Of a stretch of DNA of 64,000 nucleotides, positions 41,912 through 56,098 are shown in pieces. Position numbers and translations under genes: made by a program. Origin of the DNA: Octopus vulgaris. Taxonomy: Eukaryota. The notes below the pieces were generated by a model. That model was not told the DNA's origin. It saw nothing but the letters and a program-made list of their open reading frames with translations, and did no database searches. Position 1 is the stretch's first letter; each line of letters opens with the position of its first letter. The stretch spans positions 31,868,001 through 31,932,000 of the forward strand of contig OX597832.1 of assembly GCA_951406725.2 (NCBI GenBank), read 5' to 3'.

Positions 41912-42964
41912 CATGCACACACACATGCACACACACACATGCACACACGCACACATGTATATATAATATATACGTACACACATACATAACACTTTTGGCA
42001 ATGGTGTATTAGCATGTCTCAGGCTGTTAAGATGTCTTCACGTTCGCATAAAAGAGCGTCTGGCCAGGCAAAGAAGTCATTAATATCTAGAATTTCGAAT
42101 CAAAATGCTAAAGAATGGATCGCGAGTGATGTAAGGAGATACGCAAAGCAAATAGACATACATGTTAATTTGGAAGCAACCGGCTTGAACTCCATGAATC
42201 AACACAAATCTTTTAGCAGATATACGCACATATATATACATTGTGCGCATTCCACATGAGCGTACAGCCTCTTTACAGGGGGAAAAATGTTTACGGTAAA
42301 TCACAGAAGTAGGTATATCAATTTTAACGAATATAAGTTCAGATTTTAAATGTTCTTAAACAAACAGCGTAATATATACAGAGATATTTGTGCCAAAATC
42401 AATTGACCCGCAAACGTTATCAACGTGTAAAACGCAATGGGAATATTGAAGTTGTAAATTTACTGTAAACTCAATTGATTTCTGTGATACACGATCCCTA
42501 TTGATGGTTATTTTTTACGATCCCTTTTGATTGAAAATCTATCCCCCTTTTTTTCTCTCCTCCAAAAGAAAAGCTCTACTTTGTAATTTGTTCCTTTTGT
42601 GTTCAGCCCTTCGAAAAATATACATGGACATCTAGATATATAGATATTATGTAAGCATAATAATGATAGAATATAGATAAAAATAATAATGAAATATAGA
42701 AAAAATATTCTTAAAAGTTCAAAATATAATAGAGAAACAATAAAAGGCATTAAAAAGAGCTTTGGGTAACATGTTAAAGGAGAATAAGGTGTTCCAACGA
42801 TCGTTTCAGGGGTACAGTCGTCCGGATTAGATATGAATCTTACGATTCCTTTCCATAGAATGCCCCCATCATACGGGGAAAATAGTGTTTACGCGAGATA
42901 TGCATTTAATGTTTACCAAGTATGGGATAATTTGATGCTTTATAGGAGAGCGGATAAACTAAAC

Positions 42965-43160
42965 ATTGACGTATGGCCATGTTGGGGCACTAACTTCAAG
43001 TCTTTTAATTAGTCGAATAAATCGATCCTAACACTTAGTTTTCTTTTTAAGGTAGCTACTTATTCTATTGGTCTGCTTTGCCGAATCAGTAATTTACAGA
43101 GACGTAAATATACAAACACCGGTTAGCAGACTGTGACAGAGAATACACAGATACAATGAT
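42965..43160 (-). mobile_element. Degraded SINE family A 3' half
   Basis: tggccatgttggggcac...tacttattctattggtct..tttgccgaa..gacgtaaa..aacaccggtt. Confidence 0.6.
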
Positions 43161-43180
43161 AAACTCCCATGCGTATTCAC

Positions 43181-43231
<51 letters not shown>

Positions 43232-43255
43232 TTATTTGAGAGAATAAAATCCAAA

Positions 43256-43288
<33 letters not shown>

Positions 43289-43596
43289 GTATCACAATAA
43301 GCAGCAAGAATATGTATGTATATGTATGTATATCCAACAAGGATATACATACATATACACACATATATATACATGCATGCACACACACACACGCACACAC
43401 ACACACGCGCGCACATACATACACACACACACATATATATACCTCTGGATATCCTTGTTGCTTATTTTCATCTTAATCACCTTACTTTGTAATTGTATGG
43501 ATAATACCGTACTAAATTCTGGTGCCTCAACTTAAGTACCATATTCATCTGATTCTAATTTTTTGCTGAACTCATCTACCATATCCAAAGAATATA

Positions 43597-43704
<108 letters not shown>

Positions 43705-43766
43705 TATTAGGTATTATCTGATGGTTGATGATTGATTTAGATATATTTCTCCATTTTCTCATTTTG

Positions 43767-43801
<35 letters not shown>

Positions 43802-43838
43802 TTATATAAAATATATATATATATATATACATAAATAA

Positions 43839-43895
<57 letters not shown>

Positions 43896-44386
43896 TATAG
43901 TTTCACAGTTTCTTGCCCCACTTTCAGTCACCTAAACCTCAACAGCATAAGCAGCAGTGTTTGCTGAAATTGACAAATTTTCGTGGTCCATTGTGGAATG
44001 GTTATTTATAGAATACTTTTCTTGTGGATGCTTCTTCATTCTTTATAGTCACATGGTGTTTCCGGTAGATTTCAGAGATCGTTATATTATTTGAATTTAT
44101 GTGAACCTTACTACTAATGCTAACAAACCTAATCCAAACTAATAACAGAGGGAAATTCCTGTTTAAACAATGTCATTTATACACCCTGAACAGAGTGTAC
44201 TAACAATGCCTAAATCGCTTCCTATAAATATACAACAACTTGTAATTAATTGCGAACGAAACATGTGACTAATAATTATTATGAGTTAACCAACTGTAAC
44301 TAATAAGCATAAAGTTTGAATGTTCGAATATTTCATTCTCCATATTATCAATATGCTTTCAGTATGTTTACTCCGTGAAGACTACT

Positions 44387-44568
44387 CGCGTTTTTTTTCC
44401 CTCTGTCCTCCCACCTCGGGATCTTTCTTTCTCTTATGTTTCCGACGAAGAGCTCCGCTCGAAACGTCATACCCTCCTTCTTCCCGTTTTTCCTGAGCGC
44501 CTAATAATAATACTTTAATTGTTCCACCTCTTTGCGTTGTTGTCTTTTCTGTTTTCTTGTTTGGATTA

Positions 44569-44572
<4 letters not shown>
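44387..44572 (+). mobile_element. Short element abutting (TA)n with hammerhead-like core, copy 2
   Basis: Homologous to 830-1012; CCGACGA-A-GAGC-TCC-GCTC-GAAACGTC at 44442-44468. Confidence 0.7.
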
Positions 44573-44638
<66 letters not shown>

Positions 44639-44645
44639 AGTGTGC

Positions 44646-44677
<32 letters not shown>

Positions 44678-44706
44678 ATGTGTGCGTGTTTGTGCGTTGT
44701 GTGCCT

Positions 44707-44910
44707 GTCTTCATTCTCTATTACCACTTGAGAACCGGTAATGGTGTGTTTACGTCTGCATAACTTAATGGTTCGACAAAAGAGCCGTTAGAATAGGTAC
44801 CAGGCTTAAAATATATGTAGTGGGATCGAGTCATTCCACTATAAATTCTCCAAAGGTGAAGCACCAGCATGGCCACAGTCTAATGGTTGAAATGAGTCCA
44901 AGATAAGAGA
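44707..44910 (+). mobile_element. SINE family A 3' half
   Basis: ggtgtgtttacgtc..taactta.tggttcg.caaaagag...gcaccagcatggccacagtc. Confidence 0.7.
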
Positions 44911-45658
44911 TAACTTGACTTAAAAACATATATTAATACAAATGTGTGTATGTGTGTGTATGTTTGTACATGTGTATGCGTGTGTGCGTGTGTCTGTGAA
45001 AGTGTTTGTGTGTGTGTATGCGAGTGCATGTGTGTGTGTGTGCGTGCGTGCGCGTGTGCGTGTGTGTATATATATGTATGTGTGCGTAAGCGCATGTGTG
45101 TGTGTGTGGAATAGTTTGAAAGTGTTGACAATAAATTGTAACACAATACTGCGCGGTTTTTAAACGTAAATCTTCTGCCTTAAGTCGGATATAAAAAAAT
45201 AAATAAAAATAAATAAATAAAATAAAAAATGCGATATCGCTCAAACTCGAAAGATATTGTTACTTGAATTATCCATTTGGAATAAAGCCAGAGACTTCTT
45301 AATTTAATATTTTCTTATTTTCCAAAGAATTATAGAAGCCAAAATATGATTAAGAGAAGCTATTTTTTACTTTTGAAATATTGTAACTTTATTAACCCCT
45401 TTATTCGTAAACTCAGCCCAATAATAAGGACATAGACTCATATCCTAGCTTACTCTCCTCAACGTTGACTGTATTACGAAAGCCCTAATATACAGACCCA
45501 CTTCTCTAAGCGTATAACAATTGTTTACACAGAAATATGCTGGATTAACCGGGAAATGATTTGAAGTTCGGTTTGGCAACATATTCGCACACTCAATAAA
45601 AACGGTTTTCTACAAAGCTTTCCACCCGTATTTGGTCTCCAAAAACCAGAAGTAATGA

Positions 45659-45816
45659 CAGGAGAGGCTGTGTGGTAAGTAGCTTGCTTACCAACCACAT
45701 GGGCCCGGGTTCACTCCCACTGCGTGGCACCTTGGGCAAGTGTCTTCTACTATAGCCTCGGGCCGACCAAAGCCTTGTGAGTGGATTTGGTAAATGGAAA
45801 CTGAAAGAAGCCCGTC

Positions 45817-45852
<36 letters not shown>

Positions 45853-46014
45853 AATAGTAAAAAGTGAAAAAACTACAGAAGACTGAAAGGTTAAAAAATA
45901 TATATATTTGCGTCAATATGTCTGAAGAATATTAAAAAAAATTTTTTCCCTTACAATGACATAATTTAGAAGAAAGACCGGTTTCGCGTTTAGCTTTTCA
46001 AATTTCTTACGACA

Positions 46015-46072
<58 letters not shown>

Positions 46073-46352
46073 TGTATGTATGTATGTATGTATGTGTGTG
46101 TTTGTGTGTGTATGTATGTATGTGTGTGTGTTTGTGTGTGTATGTTTGTCTCCCCAACATCGCATGACAACCGATGCTGGTGTGTCTACGGCCCCGTAAC
46201 TTAGCGGTTCGGCAAAAGATACCGATAGAATAAGTACTAGGCTTCCAAAGTATAAGTCCTGGGGTCGATTTGCTCGACTAAAGGCGGTGCTTCAGCATGG
46301 CCACAGTAAAATGACCGAAACAACTAAAAGAGTAAAATAGTAAAAAGAGAGT
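45659..46352 (+). mobile_element. SINE family A interrupted in its internal microsatellite by a ~160-bp insertion (45850-46012)
   Basis: 5' half 45659-45818 and 3' half 46141-46352 match the copy at 28646; unrelated sequence lies between two TA runs. Confidence 0.88.
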
Positions 46353-46818
46353 AAGATTTAATAGTCATTTCACTGCATGTATATATACTTGGCCATTTCA
46401 AAATTTAAGCTTAAGATAGCGGAAGGAATATTTTTGTTTTAAACAAATAAAGACGGAACTTGTGTGTAGATATTACTTGACCATTTTAGGAACACGTCAT
46501 AACGTTCAATTCAGATTTATATATTTCGAAATAAACAGAACTCCGCCCAAAATTTATATTCAACACAGGCGAATATAAACTGATAAAACATGGAATTAGC
46601 ATGACGTTTATTACAACTGATGTTAACGAAGTTAAAATATTCGACTCCTGGATTCGCTTTCCTTCCACTGATACATTTTACACACAGCTATTACTGTCAA
46701 CGTATACGTATAGGTGTAAATACACATACACATAGACGTGAAAGCAATCTAAATATAAATATACAAATACATACACACATATACACACGTGCACACACAC
46801 ACATATATACACATATAT

Positions 46819-46849
<31 letters not shown>

Positions 46850-46913
46850 CTTATGTGTGTGGGTGTCTAGTAATAAGGACAAAACGAATGAGTGTTTTAG
46901 GTATGTCTGCGGA

Positions 46914-46961
<48 letters not shown>

Positions 46962-47449
46962 ATGTATACACTCGTGCACGATTATTTACACGTATATACA
47001 CTACATATGTACAAAAACACACGGCAACATATATACACACATATGTTTGAAGGATAGTAATCGGATGCTAAACTGTCCCATTAATTTATTATACATTAGA
47101 AGCTGGTTCGAAGCTAAAAACATTGTAGATCTCTGTCAAGGAATGTCCATTAGGCGTGGAGGAGAACCAAACTAATAGCAGACAACAGACGTCCCATCAT
47201 TCAGTAAATGACAACTGGAGCTTGGAATCCTATGGTTATTCATTATTGATATTAAAAATCATTTGTAATTATAGACCCACAAAAGTGTGAAATAATTGTT
47301 GACGTGTGATGAAAGGCGTTAAAAATGCAGCCATATTGTCCGTGTCATTCTTGCTTGAAAAGGAAGCGTATATTCGGGACGATTTGGTTTTCTGAAGTTT
47401 ATTACGGGTTTTTACTGTTGTAATCGTTGTAACAATATCTGAGTGTATA

Positions 47450-48085
47450 CGAGGTCTGATCAATAAGTATCAGGACGGTTGCCATAGTAACGAAGCTAAA
47501 AGATGCAGAGTAAAGTCGCTTGGCATAGATTGGCCTTCAACTCTGCTGTGCATGCGCACTAAGTTTTAACGTTCTAGCTCACTTCCGGTGTTTAGTGAGG
47601 AAGTTGAGATCGTCGGTCTGACCATGACAGAGAAAGTTGTCATGGCGATATCTGCTTAGAGTTCTACGCCAAGTTGCAGAAAGTGTATAGAGAGGCGCGT
47701 GTGAGAGGCACAGGAGTTTACGAGTGGTTCAGACGTTTCCAAGATGGCCGGAAAAATGTCAATATTGACGAACATTCTGGGAGGTTGGCAACCAACAGAA
47801 TTGAGTAAAACAGGGCAGATGTGCGTGCAGCTATGAGAGGAAATCATCGAATCACTATCCGTGAGTTATCAGAGGATGTACAGATTAATGACGGTTCAGT
47901 TCAGTCCATTATCACCGAAGATTTGGGTATGAGACGCGGGTCTGCAAAGTTTGTGCCAAAACTGCTTTCAGCTGATTAAAGACACACTCGGAGCTTTCAA
48001 GTGGTGGCACATGCATCGGGGAGTTTTGGGAAAAACGTCCCCTCGTTCCCCAAATCGCACACTTATTCATGGCGAGGTATGTGTA
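47450..48085 (+). mobile_element. Internally deleted mariner transposon (transposase pseudogene)
   Basis: TA|CGAGGTCTGATCAATAAGTA TIR; translation YAKLQKVY...VYEWFRRFQDGRKNVNIDEHSGR...RITIRELSEDV...SIITEDLGMRRGSAKFVPKLLS (HTH domains and WVPxxL linker) with stops; degenerate right TIR at ~48060-48080. Confidence 0.9.
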
Positions 48086-48092
48086 TACAAAC

Positions 48093-48142
<50 letters not shown>

Positions 48143-48144
48143 CA

Positions 48145-48390
48145 AAAGTGAAAGGGTTACAGTGAACTTGCTGTGAGGAGTGGAATATGCAACGTTTCGG
48201 AGTCAATCCGTCGTCACGGGGGTAAAGAAAAAGAGAGGAAATTCGGAGTTTACATCCTCTCAGGTTGAAAATCTCTGACATTCTTCTCTGTTCTTCTCTT
48301 TTTCTCTGTCCCCCCGATGAAGGACTGAATCCGAAACGTTCGATACTCCACTCCTCACGGCAAGTTCACTGCGCATGCTTCACTCTTTTC
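48145..48390. mobile_element. Inverted-repeat element with a hammerhead-like core in each arm
   Basis: 48145-48240 is an imperfect reverse complement of 48290-48390; + strand CCGATGA-A-GGA-CTGAA-TCC-GAAACGTT at 48314-48340; - strand GTGACGA-C-GGA-TTGAC-TCC-GAAACGTT at ~48217-48191; third partial copy at 48525-48583. Confidence 0.7.
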
Positions 48391-48579
48391 TATATATTTT
48401 TCAAGTCTTGCCGATGCAGAGCTACTAGATTATTGCCTATAAATAAATAAATAATTTTTTTTTCCCACACAAACACATATACACAAATATATATATACAC
48501 AAATAATCACATCGGCACTTGAAAATATATAAAAAGAGTGAACACACGAGGGTGGGTATCGAACGTTTCGATTCAGTCC

Positions 48580-48671
<92 letters not shown>

Positions 48672-48673
48672 GA

Positions 48674-48722
<49 letters not shown>

Positions 48723-48929
48723 TATATATCTATATGTATATACATACATATGTACATAGTCTGGTTTACATACATACTTACATGCATACTGGCTGTACCA
48801 GCAAAAGTGTCAAAATTTTAGATTTAGCTTCGAAACTTTGTGCGTTAGTAATGGTTAATGATAACTGAATAGAATTACCAGAGGATTTTCTAACACTTCT
48901 GAACTCTGCAATGAGCAAGAAACATGTTG

Positions 48930-49125
48930 ATTACTTTCCAATCTCACCAGAAGAATCATGATGAATTTCATCATAGACGAAAATGACATTTTTATTAATA
49001 ATTAAGCATAGCTCAGTATTGGTCATTCGTACAGGATTGGAATAAAGTTCGAATGGAAGCATAAAGTTTTGGTGCAAAGTGTCAGACGCAATACTGATGG
49101 AATCGGACAAGTTTGGCATCAAGAG
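48930..49125 (-). pseudogene. Possible Ty3/Gypsy RT fragment
   Basis: LSDSISIASDTLHQ...LIINKNVIFVYDEI resembles YLDDILIASxTxxEH...LxINxxKCxFxxxEV. Confidence 0.35.
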
Positions 49126-50294
49126 TTGTTACTCTTTTAGCAATGACCTCCTCTTCCTGCGTGCATAACAAGTTTTCTCAATGTATTCCTCATTAACGTT
49201 CACCGCCCACGTCCTACCGATGGAGTTTCTGTAGACTCGTAAGTCGCTGTGGGGATTCTCAAAAGCTTTTCTCAGCACATGCTGAAGTCTAAAGGCTTTA
49301 AATCAGGTAATGAAGGGGTCAAGTGTCCTTATCCCCATACCTGTTCCGAAACTCATCCACGATAAATTTTGAACAGCTGCGCTTATGTGACAATGGGTTA
49401 CAATTTGCTAGAATGTAAACTGGAAGTCCTTAGACATCTTGTTGCATTCGCCCTTGTTTCTTGCCATAGAATATTCGGAAAGAATCTAAATCTTTATATC
49501 TAACACAACCTGAAAATAGCAAGCTCCTATCACTTTCTCAACTTCCTCAAACATGATCAATGGCATCTTCTTGCCTTCATTTTGCCAGGAGTTTTGCACC
49601 TGAAAATGACATTCCTAACTCTCGTGCGGATCTGAAGCCAGAATGATGCATTTTTATCTGTTTGTGTATGTATCTTGGGTGAAATTCTTATCTGTGAAAA
49701 AGTTCAGTCTAGGATTATGTTTCACTTTGTTCAAGATGATCTTAGCCCATCAACCTTCTCACATTTTGCCCTGGAGTAACAAAGTTCCTCGGGGGAATCG
49801 CGTACGATTTCATTTTCAAGTCTTCTGCCGCCGCTCTTTGAACTATCACAGCTGAAACGCCTCTCTCACGTGCCAAGCGTCTTATGGATTCAGTTGGTTC
49901 TCTTCTGATTGATCTCATCAGCTCCAGATTTAAATCACGATCCAGTTTTCCTCTCCTCTATTTCCTCTTTCTCAAATTTGTTCTACTTATTCACGGTTCT
50001 CTTGGTGGTTCTTCACTTGACTTTGAAGATGAAAGCCAGAGATTGAACGTGGTCTCGATGATATTAGCCCCTTAAACATTGGTTAGTTAGGAAGACCTGA
50101 TGAGGCTGGCACAAAACGATTTCAGCTTCTCTCTCTAATTAAATATCTCAATGAGTAATTTACTGATTCTGACAAAAACTGGTTTAAGTATGGCCGGACC
50201 TCTTATCTGGAAAACATGGGAAATTGCAAATCAATTAGTTTATTGGTTTTAAGAAGTTTTAAGAATTTGTGAGCGTGTTTTGCTGGTGAACCCC

Positions 50295-50466
<172 letters not shown>

Positions 50467-50736
50467 GTGTATATATGTGAGGTAGAGTTTTCAGCGATTA
50501 TTTTATTACGTATTATAGTAAACAACATAAGATAATTAATATCTGGGGAGTTTAATTAAATATATTCATATTCACTTATCTTTTAAATATATAAACTGAG
50601 CTTTAAATGTAAAGTCTGACGTATGTATACATGCATGTACATATATATATATACATGCATACATACATACACGGACACAGACACACACACACATATATGC
50701 ATGTATATGTATACAGATTTATGAATACATATATAC

Positions 50737-50780
<44 letters not shown>

Positions 50781-51373
50781 GTGTATGCATATGTACAAAC
50801 ACTTACAGAGATGTGTGTATGAGAAAGAAAAACAGAAAATATGTCGTTAAGGAAGGAGATAATGGGAAGAGCTTCGTTAGGTTGTGCGTGTATAAAAGTT
50901 GTGTCTTTTTGTAGAAAATGCCTTCAACACAAGTGTGTACACTGCATCTTTCTCACAGGTGCCCAAACATATACGAACGAACATGAACTCATATATTACA
51001 CATAAATACATATTATACTTATATATACATATATAAAATTAAATATAGGATGAAATCTATATAAGAATTTATCAAGTAGTCTGTGCGAAAACCATATGAA
51101 TGAAAAATTTATAATTATTCCCTTTAAATATATTTATTATATTAAGGGCATCACTGCAGGAAAATGTCTCATCGTATGAGGGACTCTTAAAGTGAAAACT
51201 GCGAGGGAATGCAACTTGGAAGTTGCGGCTTCCAAGTTGTACTCCCTCGACACATTTGTGTATAGCCGATGAGCAGTTGGTAACCTTCTGTGTTTGTTAT
51301 TCGGTCGTCTGTACATTCAGTGCATTTAATACATATGTTTCGGTCCGTTTGCTTATTACTATGCATGCTTTAC

Positions 51374-51495
<122 letters not shown>

Positions 51496-52765
51496 ACATT
51501 ATTTATTTTTCTGGACATGGTGTACCCTTGTGCTTATTTCTGCTGAATAGATGGTCGCAGATATATTCATAAGCATCACAATAGTTTCGTAACCACACCC
51601 ACAGTCTCCTCATCACTCTGTTTGTCCGTGAATGTATATATACATACGTGTGTGTGTGTGCTTGTGTGAATGTGTGTCTGTGCATGCAGACGTACACACA
51701 TATATATATATGTGTGTATATACACACACACCCACACAATGTCCTTATATATAAAAAAGCACATACGCAGGTAAGCCTACAATTACGCCAGTGTATGTAT
51801 GCGTGGGTGCATATGTGGTGTGTGTGTGTGTGTGTGCGTGTATGTGTGTGTGTGTTTGTGTGTGTGCGTGTGTGTGTTTGTGTTCGCAGTATCTCTTTGA
51901 CTTTTTCTCTACATCGTATCTCTGTTTTTGAAATTTTAACGCGACAAGCCATCGCGGAAAAAATAAATAAATCAAATCATTCACTAAATTCACCGAATAT
52001 AGCGACTTCTTTTCTTTTTTTTTCTTTTTCGTTACCATTCCGATAGTATCGGCATTTGTAATTATTTCTCTTCTCTTTGAAGACAGATTCCTTATTATAC
52101 ACACTCTCGACTGCTTTTATTTCTCTTATGAAAATATATATCATCATTCATCTACTTTCTCCCATTTCTTCATGTTTTATGTCTGGAAAAAAAAATCGTT
52201 TTCGGTTTTGCTTTAAGATGGAAAATAAAATAAATAAAATAAAATAAAATAATAAGAGTTAAAATAAAATAAAATAATAGCAAATGAAATAAAACAAAAT
52301 AACATGAAGATGAAGAAATATCTTATTATTAACGTCTGGTGATAAAACCAATTATTAAAACTCTTCTGTGAACTTTTTTTCTTTTGCCTCTTAAAATATA
52401 TCTTGCAAAATTTTCTTTCAAGAATTTTTTTTTTTTTTTTTGTTATCTCTGAGTGTTTATGTTAGAATATGTTGTTTGTTGAAACCATTAGTCTTACATT
52501 AATTTTTAGATTCTAGTTTTTATATTCCATCCATTTTTAAAGTTCGATGTTAATATTTAATGATTAAAAAAAAAATAGAATTGAATAATAGTTTGATGTC
52601 GTCTGCTAGTGTCAAAAAAATTCGTCCCTTTCTTTTATTGAGTGATGCGACACATACTCCAATTCATTGCTTTTCGTTAGTATCCCATCTTTGTTTTCAT
52701 ATTTAGAAATGCATTCAACGATTCCGCTAGAGGACGCCTTGAAATGACTGTTGGTACTCTTCGAA

Positions 52766-53136
52766 AGGCGTGGTTGTGTGGTAAGAAGTTTGCTTCCCAA
52801 CCATATGTTTCCGGGTTCAGTCCTACTGCGTGGCATCTTGGTTAAGCCTTGTGAGTGGATTTGATAGAAGGAGACTGAAAGAGGCCTGTCGTAAATAAAG
52901 ATATATATGTCTATCTCAGTGTCTTTGCGTCTGTGTCTCTCCCACCTACCACTTAGCAAGCGGTGTTGGCGTGTTTACGTCCCCGTACTTTAGCAGTTTG
53001 GCAGACGCAAGCGTTAGAATAAGTGCCTGGCTTAAAAAGAGATGATAAGTACAAGGGTCGGTCATTCGGTTAATTTTATAAGGCGGTGTCCCAGCATGAC
53101 CGCAATTTATTGACGGAAACAAGTAAAAGATAAAAA
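52766..53136 (+). mobile_element. Older SINE family A copy with a short internal deletion and eroded microsatellite
   Basis: Head gtggttgtgtggtaagaagtttgcttcccaacc..ccgggttcagtcc through the tail gaaacaagtaaaagataaaa. Confidence 0.82.
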
Positions 53137-53336
53137 CGTGTTTCCTTAAAGCGAAACAACTTCCCCGGAAAGTGAAGAAGGCCTTTGTACAGATCCAATA
53201 AGAACCAAACATATTCGGAGTGATTCAATTTTAAAAAAAAACTTCTTAAACCCTAGAACACATCTCGTTGACTATCTGGTTTCTATCGCAACATGAATAT
53301 CCGACAACACAGAATTTAAACACTTCCGTTGCAGGG

Positions 53337-53525
53337 TTCAAGGCTGGCAAAATTTGCGGGGAAGGGACAAGTCGAATTCGTCGAACTCAGTACTTTATTT
53401 CATCGAACCCGAAAGGATGAAAAGTAAAGACGACATCGGTGGTATTTGAACTCAAGAACATATAGTGCTGGCAGAAATGCCGCTATGCATTTTGTACGAC
53501 GTGCTAACGATTCTGCCAGCTTGCC
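53337..53525 (-). mobile_element. Degraded SINE family B
   Basis: cccgaaaggatgaaaagtaaag..atttgaactca..gtgctaacgattctgccagc. Confidence 0.78.
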
Positions 53526-54298
53526 ATAATTTCTACGACTATTTTATTATTTTTTTTCATTTAAACAATGATGTTTTGTTTGATGTGACATTTGGCTGCT
53601 ATGGAAGAACATGTGCATATGAACCCTAGTTAGTTTGAGGGAAAATCGTGAAAGACGTGAGCTACGATGTACTAATTAACAATCCAAGAACCCTTGGCGT
53701 TTGTGAAACTATCCAAAGAAATCGTGCATCCGTAGAACCAATTTTGGATCCATATTGTTAAGTGTGTAAATCTTGATTCAAAATACTCAAAGCAACGAGG
53801 AAGCAGGCGGTGAGAGAAATTGGAATTATAGTAATTTAGAAGGTAACAAGAGAAACATCGAGGTGTGTGCAAATATATCTTCTGTGAAGAATCAATATCC
53901 ATTGCGAATACATTCGACGTAATAACCGATTAATACTTATGACTAAAACAATTTGGATGGAAAGAAGGTGAATACTTACCTGTGTATTACGACTGACTTG
54001 GTTGCAGCCAGAGGCAAGGATGCAGTTAATATTTAACTAAATAATCATTTTATAAGTGAAATTACTTGGAGGCGTTGTATTTTGTTCTAAAAAAATCCTG
54101 TAAAACGAAATACTATGCTTCTCTCTCTATACCTATCTATCTGTCTGTCTGTCTATTTGTCTGTCGTCTGTCTGACTGTTTGTCTCTCCGTCCGTTTGTC
54201 TGTCTGTCTGTGTATACCTGCATACATACCCGCATACATACGTACATACCTATGTACATACCTATGTATATATAAATATATATTATATCTCTCACTGA

Positions 54299-54372
<74 letters not shown>

Positions 54373-54400
54373 TTATCTATCTACCTATCAATCTATCTAC

Positions 54401-54468
<68 letters not shown>

Positions 54469-54745
54469 TATCTGTCTATCTATCTATGTACCTATCTATC
54501 GATCGATCGATCGGTCGCTAGTGATGATACTGAATGCGGAACCATGCGGTTGCGAAGAAACTTGCTTAACTGCAAAACCCTGTCTGCTCGCAAATTCTGT
54601 ACAATTGGTTGCATTAGAAATGGAAACGTGTAAATCTTTGTAACTTAAGATCTTATTTAAGCGTAGCAAGATGGCTTCTTATCTAAGACATATTTCATTG
54701 TTAAACATGAAGCAACACAAATTCATAATAACAACAACAATAATG

Positions 54746-54808
<63 letters not shown>

Positions 54809-55198
54809 TTCGTCTCCGTATCGTGGACATAGATGAAGTGAAATCTAATGTTAATGGTCTTATTTACAATAACGTCCAACAAATTAGATTTTCTGATTCG
54901 TTTTGGCGAAGCTTTTGGCAGAAGCATCAGTAGTACTTACCTCATTAAATTTTCACTCCATGTGTCTTTTCCATAGAACTATGTAGCTCAGTTGATTTGG
55001 ACACAAAACGTGAAAATTTGATGAGGACGTCCATTCGACCTTTCTTCTTGATCTTCTAAATATATTAGCTAAATCTCTCTAAAATCACAGTCTAAAGTGT
55101 TCAATTAGGAAAAGAACCCGTTGGATAATGAGGCTGTTCATAACAATGGGAAACAGAGATGGTCAGTGACGAAATAAGGTTTGATCATAACTTACTGG

Positions 55199-55392
55199 CC
55201 ACCACCACCACCAGCACCACCACCACCACCACTACCACCACCACCACCACCACCACCACCACCAGCACCACTACCACCACCACCAGCACCAGCACCACCA
55301 CCACTACCACCACCACCACCACCACCACCACCACCACCAGCACCACCATAGCCTGCGCCGTCGCCGCCGCCACCACAACCAACAACAACAAC
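55199..55392. repeat. (ACC)n-type trinucleotide repeat
   Basis: Direct reading. Confidence 0.92.
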
Positions 55393-55709
55393 AAAAGCGT
55401 CGACAAGAAAACGATGACTATAAAGACGATCCAGAATGATGACAATATCAAAGATGGCGTCGACGACGACAGCGCCAGTAATAAGAACAGCGAAGTCTAC
55501 AGCACTGTTAAACTACAAAGATGGGATATAGCTTCGCGTGTATTCCTAATAATTACAGCGTAAGATTTTTGCCGTGTTAAGAATCAGAAATTTTATGCGA
55601 ATTTTGTTGAAACTCTTTAAAACTTTCGAAATACTTTCTACTCTTGTAAACAAGAAATCCGGGTTTCTGCAACCATTTTTTGGATGAATCGAAAATTATA
55701 AGTTTTTAT

Positions 55710-56060
55710 TAATTCAGACACAAGACCAACAACTTTGTGCGAAGACTTGAATTTATTTAGTGATTCGTTACTTTGTTTTATCAACACCAATCAGAAAATG
55801 AAAACTGAAGCTGAACTCAGCTGGGTTAGAACACATATGTCCGAACAAATACTTCAGAGCATTCTCTCCGACGCTCTGCCGATTCTGCCGAACCACCACT
55901 TTTGATGATGTGTGCATTAAAGGTCTGTGATTTGGGTAGAAGAGCAGAGATGTTGGTTGATTCCGTCGACGCCAGTGTTTGACTTGGACTTTATTTAATG
56001 AACACCGGAGGGATGGAGAGGTGAAGAAGGCCCCGACCAGATTTGAACTTAGAACGAGTG
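55710..56060 (-). mobile_element. Two heavily degraded SINE family B fragments
   Basis: ccgacgctctgccgattctgcc at ~55868-55889 and ttgattccgtcgacgccagtg...atttgaacttagaacg at ~55957-56056. Confidence 0.45.
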
Positions 56061-56098
56061 ATAATGGAAAAACGAATATAATACAGACAAAAATATCG

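Noticed and set aside
50097-50126. CTGATGAG-gctggcac-AAAACG
   Set aside because: GAAA is absent and stems are unconvincing
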